Shown here: one piece after another, positions 1-7,678 of the stretch
Layout of the letters: the number at the start of each line of letters is the position of its first letter
How positions within the stretch are numbered: position 1 is the stretch's first letter
Origin: Candidatus Uhrbacteria bacterium RIFOXYB12_FULL_58_10
Lineage (GTDB): Bacteria; Patescibacteriota; Patescibacteriia; UBA9934; GWF2-40-263
Reading direction: 5' to 3'
Length of the DNA: 64,000 nt
Assembly (NCBI GenBank): GCA_943354165.1
Contig: CALRBH010000003.1
Coordinates: 5,149 to 69,148, forward strand
Translations under genes and position numbers: made by a program
Notes under the pieces: model-generated
What the model saw: only the letters and a program-made list of their open reading frames with translations
Told to the model about the DNA's origin: nothing
Databases searched by the model: none

Positions 1-23
1 TAATGTGCTAAGGTGAGGGGCGT

Positions 24-1142
24 ATGAAAGCGCCCCTCATTTTTGTTTTGTTTTCGCTTGTCCTGCTCGGAGCCGGTTGCGCTCCATCGTCGCCGTTCCC
101 TGAGCCGATGGCGATCACTCCCGAGCCCACGCACGCCGAACCTCTCCATCTCCCCACGCCGGAAGAGGTGCGTGGAATCTATTGGACCGGCCAAACGGCC
201 GGAACCAAGCGGGCGGATGAGCTCCTTGCGTACATGACGCAGACCGGTCTGAATGCGGCCGTCATCGATCTCAAGATGGACAACGGCCAGCTGGCATTCG
301 CTCCCAATGACGTTTCGCTCGCTCCCTATGCGATGGCAAAACCGGCGATCAAGGACCTTGAGGCGCTTCTCCTTAACTTAAAGGCGCAGGGGATTTATCG
401 CATCGCAAGAATTGCCGTCATGCGCGATTCTGCGTATGCGGCCATTCATCCGGACCTTGCCTTTCATTACGCGGGCGGTTCGCTGTGGCGCGACAACACG
501 GGGGCGGCCTGGGTGGATCCTGCGGCCGCGGACGTGGCGGAATACGCCGTCGCCTTGGGGAAGGAAGCCTATGCGCGCGGGTTCGACGAGGTGCAGTTCG
601 ACTACGTCCGGTTTGCTTCCGACGGAAAGCTCTCTTCCATCCGCTATCCTGTCTATGACGGGAAGAAGACGAAGGTTGCGGTGATGCAGGAGTTTTTCAA
701 GACCGTCGGAGGTGCGATGAAGGCGGACAAGATCCCCGTCTCGTTCGACGTCTTCGGCATGACGTACGAAACGAATGATGATTTCAACATCGGTCAGCGT
801 CTCATCGATGTCTATCCGGAAGCCGATTGGGTTTCGCCGATGACCTATCCATCGCACTATGCAAACGGATTTATGGGGTACAAGAATCCCGCCCTATTTC
901 CTTACGAGGTCCCAAAACATTCATTCGACTCCGGTGCGGCGATCCTCTTAAAAGAACTGGGGATTCCGGAATCGGAAAGCCGTTCGCATACGCGCCCTTG
1001 GATCCAAGACTTCGACATTGGTGCCATCTATACCGCCGCGCGCATCGAGGCACAGATCAAAGCGGTACGGGACGCGGGGGCATCAGGCTGGATGATTTGG
1101 AATGCGCGCAACGTGTACGAGCCGGCAAGGTACGTTCCGTAG
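24..1142 (+). CDS. Secreted lipoprotein with glycoside-hydrolase-like TIM-barrel domain (DUF4015/GH-like)
   Basis: 372-aa ORF with ATG start. N-terminal signal peptide with lipobox LLGAGC. Body resembles DUF4015/glycosyl hydrolase-like family proteins. Confidence 0.55.
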   Translation: MKAPLIFVLFSLVLLGAGCAPSSPFPEPMAITPEPTHAEPLHLPTPEEVRGIYWTGQTAGTKRADELLAYMTQTGLNAAVIDLKMDNGQLAFAPNDVSLAPYAMAKPAIKDLEALLLNLKAQGIYRIARIAVMRDSAYAAIHPDLAFHYAGGSLWRDNTGAAWVDPAAADVAEYAVALGKEAYARGFDEVQFDYVRFASDGKLSSIRYPVYDGKKTKVAVMQEFFKTVGGAMKADKIPVSFDVFGMTYETNDDFNIGQRLIDVYPEADWVSPMTYPSHYANGFMGYKNPALFPYEVPKHSFDSGAAILLKELGIPESESRSHTRPWIQDFDIGAIYTAARIEAQIKAVRDAGASGWMIWNARNVYEPARYVP

Positions 1143-1155
1143 TATAATACCCCCC

Positions 1156-2553
1156 ATGCCCCGTCTTCTTACTGAGCAGACGTTTTATCAGTACCTAAAA
1201 TGCCCGCATTGGGTCTATTTTGACGCGCATGCGGATGCGAAGAACCCACACGATCCGCTGCTTGCGGAGCTCGTGAACGAAGGGCTTATTGAGGAAAAAC
1301 AGCGTGCGCTTCTCGCGCACAAGCCCGACCTCGCCGAGGTTATGGCGGAGGATCCAGAGTCAGCCTTCAAGCAAACCCTCGCATTCATGCGCGAGGGGAG
1401 AGAGACTATTTATCGCGGCGTGCTCATTCATGGGCACTGGGTTGGCCATCCCGACGTGCTCGAGCGCGTAGAGGGGGCGTCGCATCTTGGCGGCTGGTAC
1501 TACGTAGCCGCGGATATCAAGCGCATGCGCGACGTGCGCGACGAGTATAAGTTTCAGGGCTGCTTCTATGCCGAACTGCTCCAACGCGTGCAGGGAATAA
1601 AGCCGTACCGTGGATACGTGATCACGCCGGATAACGAAGCGATCCCGTATGAGATCGAGACGTTCGAAGCGGAGTTTCGTCTGACGCTCGACGAGATTGA
1701 ACGCATTCTTGCGGGTCAGAAGCCGCCACATTTTTCCACGTCCGGGTGCAAGCAGTCTCCGTGGTTTATGGAGTGCCGTGGGGAATCACTCGCGTGCAAC
1801 GACATTTCGCTTTTGAATCGCGTGTGGCGTGAGGAAGTGGCGCGGCTTCAGGAGGCGGGGATCAAAACGATCGACGACGTTGCCAAGCGTTCCATCGTGG
1901 ATCTCGAAAATAAATGTCCGGACCTGCGTCCTGACAGATTGCTCACCATCCGTGATCAAGCCGTCGCCATTCGTGACGGAAAACACACCATCAAGGGCCG
2001 CATTGAATTTCCAAAGGCAAACGTCGAGCTCTACTTCGACATCGAAAGCGACCCGCTGCGCGACTTCGATTACCTGTACGGCTTCCTCATTTGCGAACGC
2101 GGAAAGGAAACGTACCAATCGATCTTCGCCAAGGACGAAGCCGGCCTCGAGCAGGCCTGGCGCGAGATCTGCACGCTCCTCGAGTCGTATCACGACGCGC
2201 CCATTTATCATTATGGCTCCTTTGAGGTCGATGTCCTGAAGAAGCTCATCAAGAAATTCGGTTCGTCTTCCATCGTCCGAGAGGTCGTGGAGCGGAACCT
2301 CATCGATGTAAACCAATCGCTGCGTCCGGTGGTGATCTTCCCATTGTCGTTTTATTCCCTGAAAGACATTGCGGCTTATCTGGGGTTCAAGTGGCGAAGC
2401 GATGACGCCTCGGGGGCGAACTCGGTCGTATGGTTTGAAAATTACCTCGTCAAGAAGGATCCGGAACTCAAGCGCAAGATCGTTGAGTATAATGAGGATG
2501 ATGTGCGTGCGACCAAGCTCGTGAAGGATTGGCTCGTAAAAAACGCCGTATGA
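1156..2553 (+). CDS. RecB-family (Cas4-like) nuclease, TM0106-type
   Basis: N-terminal QYLKCPHWVYFD motif and C-terminal Cys cluster typical of the TM0106 RecB-like nuclease family. RNase-H-like C-terminal YFDIESDPL motif. ATG at 1156 follows the upstream stop. Confidence 0.6.
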   Translation: MPRLLTEQTFYQYLKCPHWVYFDAHADAKNPHDPLLAELVNEGLIEEKQRALLAHKPDLAEVMAEDPESAFKQTLAFMREGRETIYRGVLIHGHWVGHPDVLERVEGASHLGGWYYVAADIKRMRDVRDEYKFQGCFYAELLQRVQGIKPYRGYVITPDNEAIPYEIETFEAEFRLTLDEIERILAGQKPPHFSTSGCKQSPWFMECRGESLACNDISLLNRVWREEVARLQEAGIKTIDDVAKRSIVDLENKCPDLRPDRLLTIRDQAVAIRDGKHTIKGRIEFPKANVELYFDIESDPLRDFDYLYGFLICERGKETYQSIFAKDEAGLEQAWREICTLLESYHDAPIYHYGSFEVDVLKKLIKKFGSSSIVREVVERNLIDVNQSLRPVVIFPLSFYSLKDIAAYLGFKWRSDDASGANSVVWFENYLVKKDPELKRKIVEYNEDDVRATKLVKDWLVKNAV

Positions 2554-2975
2554 GAGAAGATCATCGCCTCCTCGCCTTTTTCGTTCTCTGCTTTGTTGTG
2601 ATCATCACAGCGGTTACAGTTGCACTGAATCGCTCCGCCGTGATTCCGACCGTGCCGCTCGATGAGCTTCCCGTCGCTGCGCCGGTGAATGCGGTTGTTC
2701 CAACCGCAGAAGCATGCCAAGCTGCTGGAGGTGCCGTCGCGTATGAACGCGGCTCAGAATGTGTGAGTATCCCAAGCGTGACGGACGCCTGTGACTGGGG
2801 AATCCCCTGTTTCTTTCTGAGAAATGAACCTAATTGTCGCGAGGTTCGCCGTATGTACTGCTCCTGTACGAAGGCATCCCAGTGTCCATCGGGTTACGTG
2901 TGTAACACGTATGGACGCGAGGGGCGTTGCGAATCCATTCCCTCCTATCCTTATGCGCCGAAACCGATCCGTTAA
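2550..2975 (+). CDS. Hypothetical membrane-anchored cysteine-rich small protein
   Basis: ATGA start/stop overlap with the upstream gene. One TM helix followed by a Cys-rich ectodomain. No recognisable family. Confidence 0.4.
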   Translation: MREDHRLLAFFVLCFVVIITAVTVALNRSAVIPTVPLDELPVAAPVNAVVPTAEACQAAGGAVAYERGSECVSIPSVTDACDWGIPCFFLRNEPNCREVRRMYCSCTKASQCPSGYVCNTYGREGRCESIPSYPYAPKPIR

Positions 2976-3786
2976 TAAAATTTGGCTGGTTGTCCCGGTC
3001 ATTATTGCTGTTTGCGTTATCGGCTGGATGAAGCGCGGAGCTTTGATCGATGCGGCCAATGAAGCGGCGAAAACACCACTTCCCCCCGCGGTGAGTTTTG
3101 AGGAGGTCAAAAATCCTCCTCCGATTTCTGTCCCCGTTCCAACTCCACCTCCACCTCCAACTCCTGCTCCAGCCCCAACACCTGCTCCTACGCCCACTCC
3201 TACGCCCGCTCTTCCATCCGAAATCAACCTTGCGGTTCCATTTATCGTCCAAGCCCCGTTCGCCAACTGGGATGAAACCCATGAGGAAACCTGCGAGGAA
3301 GCGTCCGTATACATGGTCGCTCTCTACTACAAGGGCGTGAAGCCGGGTGCGACGAGCGAACAGGCGGCGGAAGACGAACTCCAGAAACTTGTGAAGCTGC
3401 AGGAATCGCTGTTTGGATATTTTGAGGACACGACAGCGAGGGAAACGGCCTTGTTTGCAAAACGACAGTACGCCCTCACGTCACGTCTTCTTGTTGACCC
3501 GACGCTTGAGGAGATCAAGAAGGAGCTTGCCGCTGGGAGGCCTGTCATCGTGCCGGCCGCAGGACAAGAGCTTGGGAATCCGTACTTCACGCCACCCGGC
3601 CCCATCTATCACATGATTGTTCTGCGCGGGTATACCAAGGACGGATTCATTACAAACGATCCAGGGACAAGACGCGGGGAAGGGTTCGTCTACTCCTTCG
3701 ACACCGTCATGAATGCCATTCACGACTGGAATGCGGAGGATATTCAGAAGGGAGGAAGGGTGGTGATCGTTCTAGAAAAGAAATAG
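2953..3786 (+). CDS. Membrane-anchored C39-like peptidase domain protein with Pro/Thr-rich linker
   Basis: Signal-anchor helix, PTPAP-rich linker, then a VQAPFANWDETHEETCEEAS motif resembling Peptidase_C39_2-like domains. Confidence 0.5.
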   Translation: MRRNRSVNKIWLVVPVIIAVCVIGWMKRGALIDAANEAAKTPLPPAVSFEEVKNPPPISVPVPTPPPPPTPAPAPTPAPTPTPTPALPSEINLAVPFIVQAPFANWDETHEETCEEASVYMVALYYKGVKPGATSEQAAEDELQKLVKLQESLFGYFEDTTARETALFAKRQYALTSRLLVDPTLEEIKKELAAGRPVIVPAAGQELGNPYFTPPGPIYHMIVLRGYTKDGFITNDPGTRRGEGFVYSFDTVMNAIHDWNAEDIQKGGRVVIVLEKK

Positions 3787-3862
3787 TTAGTAGTAAGTAG
3801 ATAGTAGTTAGTAGAGTTAGTCGACGAAAATCCTACTAACTACTTACTACTATCTACTAACT
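3785..3862. repeat. AGTAGWW-heptamer palindromic element, copy 1
   Basis: Left arm 3785-3820 (agttagtagtaagtagatagtagttagtag...), loop, right arm 3833-3862 (ctactaactacttactactatctactaact). Overlaps the TAG stop at 3784-3786. xseA ATG follows at 3874. Confidence 0.85.
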
Positions 3863-3873
3863 GCGTTTCGCAT

Positions 3874-5085
3874 ATGCCCGACCCAGCGGTTCTCTCCGTA
3901 GGCCAATATCTCGAACTAGTAAACGACCGCCTGCGCGAAGCGGCGGCATTTGAGTTTTCCATCGAGGGTGAAGTCTCGGATTTTCGCGTCGCGCAGGGAA
4001 AATGGGTGAGCTTCGATTTGAAGGATGAACTCGCGCAGGCCGTACTCAAATGTTTCATGACCGCCTGGCAGCTTCCGCATAAGGTCGAGGACGGGATGCG
4101 CGTGCGCGTGACGGGAGCCCCGAAAGTGTACGAACGGTTCGGGACATTGAAGCTCAATGTGCAATCGCTCGAGCTGGTGGGCGAAGGCGCGCTGCGCCGG
4201 GCGTATGAGGCGCTCAAGAAAAAGCTCGTTGATGAGGGACTCTTCGATCCTTCGCGCAAGCGCCAGCTCCCGCGCTTTCCCGAGCGCATCGGGCTCATTA
4301 CAAGCCGGGATGCCGCCGCATACGGCGACTTTTTGCGCATTGTGAATAACCGGTGGGGAGGGGCGGAAGTGATGCACGTGTCCGTTCATGTGCAGGGAAA
4401 GGAAGCGGTTCACGAGATCATCGAAGCCTTTCAGTACTTCAACGCGCTCGCTCCGGAGGATCGCCCTGATGCGCTCGTCCTCATTCGCGGCGGCGGCGGG
4501 CTTGAGGATCTCCATGCGTTCAATGATGAAGCTGTGGCGCGTGCGGTATACGGAAGCGCGGTGCCTGTTGTGTGCGGTGTCGGCCACGAACGCGACGAGT
4601 CGCTCTGTGATTTCGTCGCGGACGTGCGCGCGTCTACGCCGAGCAACGCGGCCGAGCGCGTGGTCCCAAGCCGCGAGGACGTCGGCTACGAGATCGCGAT
4701 GACCGAACGTCTGTTCGAGGACCGCATGCGCGAAATGATTGACCGGATGCGCCGGCCTATCGAACGGCTGTCGGCGAGCGCGGAACTTCTTGTGCAAGGG
4801 AAGGCGCTTCGCTTCTCGCAAGTGACGGGCAGTTTCGAAGCCAGCTTCAGCCGGTTCCTTCCGCGCGTGAGCGAACGTCTGCTCGCGAGCGAGCGCGTGC
4901 TGCGTTCCGTAAGTCCGGAGCGCGTTCTCGAACGCGGATACGCGATCGTACGTTCCGGCAAGGGAATCGTCCGCGATACGGGCGCCCTCGACATCGGATC
5001 CGATATTTCTGTACAATTGGCCGAAGGAAGCTTTGAGGCGGAAGTCCAGAGGGTGGAAGGCAAGGGGAAAACGAAATTGTTCTAG
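3874..5085 (+). CDS. xseA: Exodeoxyribonuclease VII large subunit
   Basis: N-terminal OB-fold and catalytic region typical of XseA. 403 aa. Followed directly by xseB. Confidence 0.9.
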   Translation: MPDPAVLSVGQYLELVNDRLREAAAFEFSIEGEVSDFRVAQGKWVSFDLKDELAQAVLKCFMTAWQLPHKVEDGMRVRVTGAPKVYERFGTLKLNVQSLELVGEGALRRAYEALKKKLVDEGLFDPSRKRQLPRFPERIGLITSRDAAAYGDFLRIVNNRWGGAEVMHVSVHVQGKEAVHEIIEAFQYFNALAPEDRPDALVLIRGGGGLEDLHAFNDEAVARAVYGSAVPVVCGVGHERDESLCDFVADVRASTPSNAAERVVPSREDVGYEIAMTERLFEDRMREMIDRMRRPIERLSASAELLVQGKALRFSQVTGSFEASFSRFLPRVSERLLASERVLRSVSPERVLERGYAIVRSGKGIVRDTGALDIGSDISVQLAEGSFEAEVQRVEGKGKTKLF

Positions 5086-5086
5086 T

Positions 5087-5296
5087 ATGGCCAAAAAACC
5101 ATTGCATTTCGCCAAAGCCTTTGAGGAGCTTGAAGCCATTACGGAATGGTTTGAGCGCGGGGACGCGGATCTCGAGGAAGGGCTCAAGAAGTTTGAGCGC
5201 GGCCTTGAGCTTGCGAGCGCCTGTCGCGAAAAGCTCACGGAGGTGGAAACCAAAGTCAAAGAGATTCGCCTTAAGTACACCGTAACCCCCGCGTAG
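5087..5296 (+). CDS. xseB: Exodeoxyribonuclease VII small subunit
   Basis: 69-aa helical protein (MAKKPLHFAKAFEELEAITEWFERGDADLEEGLKKFERG...) immediately downstream of xseA. Confidence 0.85.
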   Translation: MAKKPLHFAKAFEELEAITEWFERGDADLEEGLKKFERGLELASACREKLTEVETKVKEIRLKYTVTPA

Positions 5297-5297
5297 T

Positions 5298-5648
5298 ATG
5301 CAGTTAGTCTTTCGATGGGTCATCAACGCGCTCGCGATTCTCGTGATTGCAAACGTGGTGCCAGGGATCGAGGTCGCCTCGCTCTACACGGCGCTCGTTG
5401 CCGCTCTTGTTCTCGGCCTCGTGAACGCGCTCATCCGCCCGATTCTTTTCGTCCTCACCTTGCCGGTCACGGTCGTGACCCTTGGCCTGTTCGCATTCGT
5501 CATTAACGCGCTCATGGTGTGGCTCGTGAGCACGGTCGTGAAGGGATTCACGGTGGAAGGATTCGTTCCGGCGCTTATCGCCGCACTCCTTCTCTGGGTG
5601 GTCAGCCTCGCGACCAACTCCTTACTCAAACAAGCGAAGGAAACATAA
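5298..5648 (+). CDS. Phage-holin-4_2 family membrane protein (YvlD-like)
   Basis: 116 aa with four hydrophobic helices. The VINALAILV...LIRPILFVLTLP pattern is characteristic of PF04020. Confidence 0.55.
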   Translation: MQLVFRWVINALAILVIANVVPGIEVASLYTALVAALVLGLVNALIRPILFVLTLPVTVVTLGLFAFVINALMVWLVSTVVKGFTVEGFVPALIAALLLWVVSLATNSLLKQAKET

Positions 5649-5655
5649 ATTTCAT

Positions 5656-5680
5656 CCCCCGCCGTTGGCGGGGTTTTTCT
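5656..5680 (+). terminator. Rho-independent terminator
   Basis: GC hairpin ccccgcc-gttg-gcgggg followed by a T5 run. Confidence 0.6.
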
Positions 5681-5690
5681 TCCCCAGACT

Positions 5691-6398
5691 ATGAAGATTG
5701 AGAAACAACCTGTGATGGTGCTCTCAGTAGGTGGTTCGATCTTGGCACCGCAAAGCGGAATCGATACAGCCTTCATTAAGGGTTTCAAGAAGCTGCTGGA
5801 ACGCCACATCCACCGCGGCTGGAAATTCGTCATCGTCGTCGGCGGGGGAGCGGCGGCAAGGCAGTACCAGGCGGCGGCAAAGGACATTGGCTCCCTTACG
5901 CGCGACGACCTCGACTGGATCGGGATTCACGCCACGCGATTGAACGCGCACCTGTTGCGCACCGTGTTCCGTCGGCTTGCCCACCCAGTCGTCGTAAAAG
6001 ATCCGACGCGCATTCCAAAGAAATGGAAGGAACCAGTTCTCGTCGGCGCCGGCTGGAAACCTGGTTGGTCCACCGATTACGTCGCCGTTCGCCTGGCGAA
6101 ACGACTTGGAGCCCGTATGGTCGTGAACCTTTCAAACGTCGATTACCTCTACACCGAGGATCCAAAGAAGAACCCCGCCGCCGAACCTATCTGTGAGATC
6201 GATTGGCCGAAGTTCCGGAAGATGGTGGGAAGCAAGTGGGATCCGGGGATGAATGTTCCTTTCGATCCAGTCGCGTCGAAGCTGGCCCATGCGTCGAAAT
6301 TGCAGGTGGTTCTCGCCAACGGCACCAAGCTCGAAAATCTCGATGCGCTCCTTTCTGGAAGGAAGTTTTTTGGGACGATGATCGGGGAATCCAAATAA
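5691..6398 (+). CDS. pyrH: UMP kinase-like amino-acid-kinase family protein
   Basis: VLSVGGS...VIVVGGG glycine-rich motifs of the aspartate/glutamate/uridylate kinase fold. 235 aa, archaeal-type PyrH-like. Confidence 0.65.
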   Translation: MKIEKQPVMVLSVGGSILAPQSGIDTAFIKGFKKLLERHIHRGWKFVIVVGGGAAARQYQAAAKDIGSLTRDDLDWIGIHATRLNAHLLRTVFRRLAHPVVVKDPTRIPKKWKEPVLVGAGWKPGWSTDYVAVRLAKRLGARMVVNLSNVDYLYTEDPKKNPAAEPICEIDWPKFRKMVGSKWDPGMNVPFDPVASKLAHASKLQVVLANGTKLENLDALLSGRKFFGTMIGESK

Positions 6399-6440
6399 AC
6401 CCATTTGACGGGCGTCTTGATGAGTCTTGACGCCCCCAAC

Positions 6441-6472
6441 CCGGCCTGATATCCTCTTCCCATCAATCGAAT
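6441..6472 (+). promoter_or_regulatory. Candidate rplJL promoter (TTGACG-17-TATCCT) followed by a ~120-nt leader
   Basis: Sequence pattern only. The leader at 6475-6596 may be the L10 autoregulatory leader. Confidence 0.3.
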
Positions 6473-6596
6473 AGCCGCAGAAAACGAGCCGAAGGTCCTG
6501 AGCGAAAGCGAAGGATCTCCAGAAGTCTCGTCGAGGCACATCATCTCTTCTGCGACATTTTGGTTGGCAGAATTTTTTATTAACGTCCGTGTTTCT

Positions 6597-7097
6597 ATGG
6601 CCAAAAGCCGAGCACAGAAAGCGGCTACCATGAGTGGGATCACTGACATGTTCCGCTCCATGAAGTCCGCGGTGTTTACCAGTATTTCTGGATACACCAT
6701 GACGGATGCAGACGCCCTCCGTGCCAAGGGTCGCGAGTCCGGGGTTTCCCTGACGCTTGCGAAGAAGACCCTCCTGGTGCGCGCGCTGAAGGACGCCGGC
6801 ATCGAAGTGTCCAAGGACGCTCTCGACGGCAGCATCCTCTCCGCCGTGGGGACGGAAGACGAAGTCGCCGCCGCCAAGCTCATCGCTGACTTTGCGAAGG
6901 GCCGCGACGCGATCAAGATCGTGGGAGGATTCGTGGAAGGGAAGTTCATCGACGGACCGGCCGTCGTCTCGCTCGCGAAACTCGTGAGCAAGCATCACCA
7001 GCTCGGCCACGTGGTCGGCACGCTGAACGCCCCGATTTCCAGCTTTGTCCGCATTCTCGAGGCTGTACGGGTATCGAAGGAACCAGCTGCGGTTTAG
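6597..7097 (+). CDS. rplJ: 50S ribosomal protein L10
   Basis: MAKSRAQK... L10 signature. Precedes rplL. Confidence 0.9.
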   Translation: MAKSRAQKAATMSGITDMFRSMKSAVFTSISGYTMTDADALRAKGRESGVSLTLAKKTLLVRALKDAGIEVSKDALDGSILSAVGTEDEVAAAKLIADFAKGRDAIKIVGGFVEGKFIDGPAVVSLAKLVSKHHQLGHVVGTLNAPISSFVRILEAVRVSKEPAAV

Positions 7098-7100
7098 CGC

Positions 7101-7186
7101 AGTAAGTAGAAAGTAGTTAGTAGTAAGTAGGGTTTAACCCACGAACTGCCGACTACTATCTACTAACTACTATCTACTAACTAACT
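7101..7186. repeat. AGTAGWW-heptamer palindromic element, copy 2 (between rplJ and rplL)
   Basis: Left arm 7101-7130 (agtaagtagaaagtagttagtagtaagtag), right arm 7153-7186. The right-arm 30-mer ctactatctactaactactatctactaact is identical to copies 4 and 6. Confidence 0.85.
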
Positions 7187-7194
7187 ATCCAAAT

Positions 7195-7590
7195 ATGTCC
7201 GACGAAATCAAGAAGGAAGTTCCAGCCAAGTTCGCCAGCATCGTTTCTGAAGTGGAAAAGATGTCCGTGCTCGACCTCGCTGAGCTCGTGAAGGTGCTTG
7301 AAGACAAGTTCGGCGTTTCCGCGGCCGCTCCAGTCATGATGGCTGCAGCTGGCGGTGGCGCGGCTGTTGCGGAAGAGAAGTCTATCTTCGACGTTGAACT
7401 CACCGCTGCAGGTGCCGCTAAGATCAATGTGATCAAGGCTGTGCGCGAAATCACCGGTCTCGGCCTCAAGGAAGCCAAGGACATCGTGGACGCAGCTCCA
7501 AAGGCTGTGAAGACGGGTGTCGCGAAGGCTGAAGCTGAGGAAATGAAGAAGAAGCTCGAGGAAGCTGGTGCTACAGTTACATTGAAGTAA
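7195..7590 (+). CDS. rplL: 50S ribosomal protein L7/L12
   Basis: Ala-rich hinge and C-terminal domain ([13 protein letters not shown]) typical of L7/L12. Confidence 0.95.
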   Translation: MSDEIKKEVPAKFASIVSEVEKMSVLDLAELVKVLEDKFGVSAAAPVMMAAAGGGAAVAEEKSIFDVELTAAGAAKINVIKAVREITGLGLKEAKDIVDAAPKAVKTGVAKAEAEEMKKKLEEAGATVTLK

Positions 7591-7591
7591 A

Positions 7592-7678
7592 CGACAAATA
7601 AAAAACGACAAACGACAAAAAAAGACAGAAACGACAAAGGGTAAAACCTTTGTCGTTTTTCGTTTGTCGTTTATCGCT
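7592..7678. terminator. Bidirectional terminator hairpin built from ACGACAA heptamers
   Basis: Left arm contains (acgacaa)n, loop gtaaaacc, right arm contains (ttgtcgt)n. Lies between convergent rplL (+) and the 7677-9854 (-) gene. Confidence 0.6.

Noticed and set aside
3916-5280. 454-aa minus-strand ORF antisense to xseA/xseB
   Set aside because: Shadow ORF opposite well-supported xseA and xseB. Arg/Ala-rich junk composition.
6132-7010. Two ~290-aa minus-strand ORFs antisense to pyrH/rplJ
   Set aside because: Antisense shadows of strongly supported genes.
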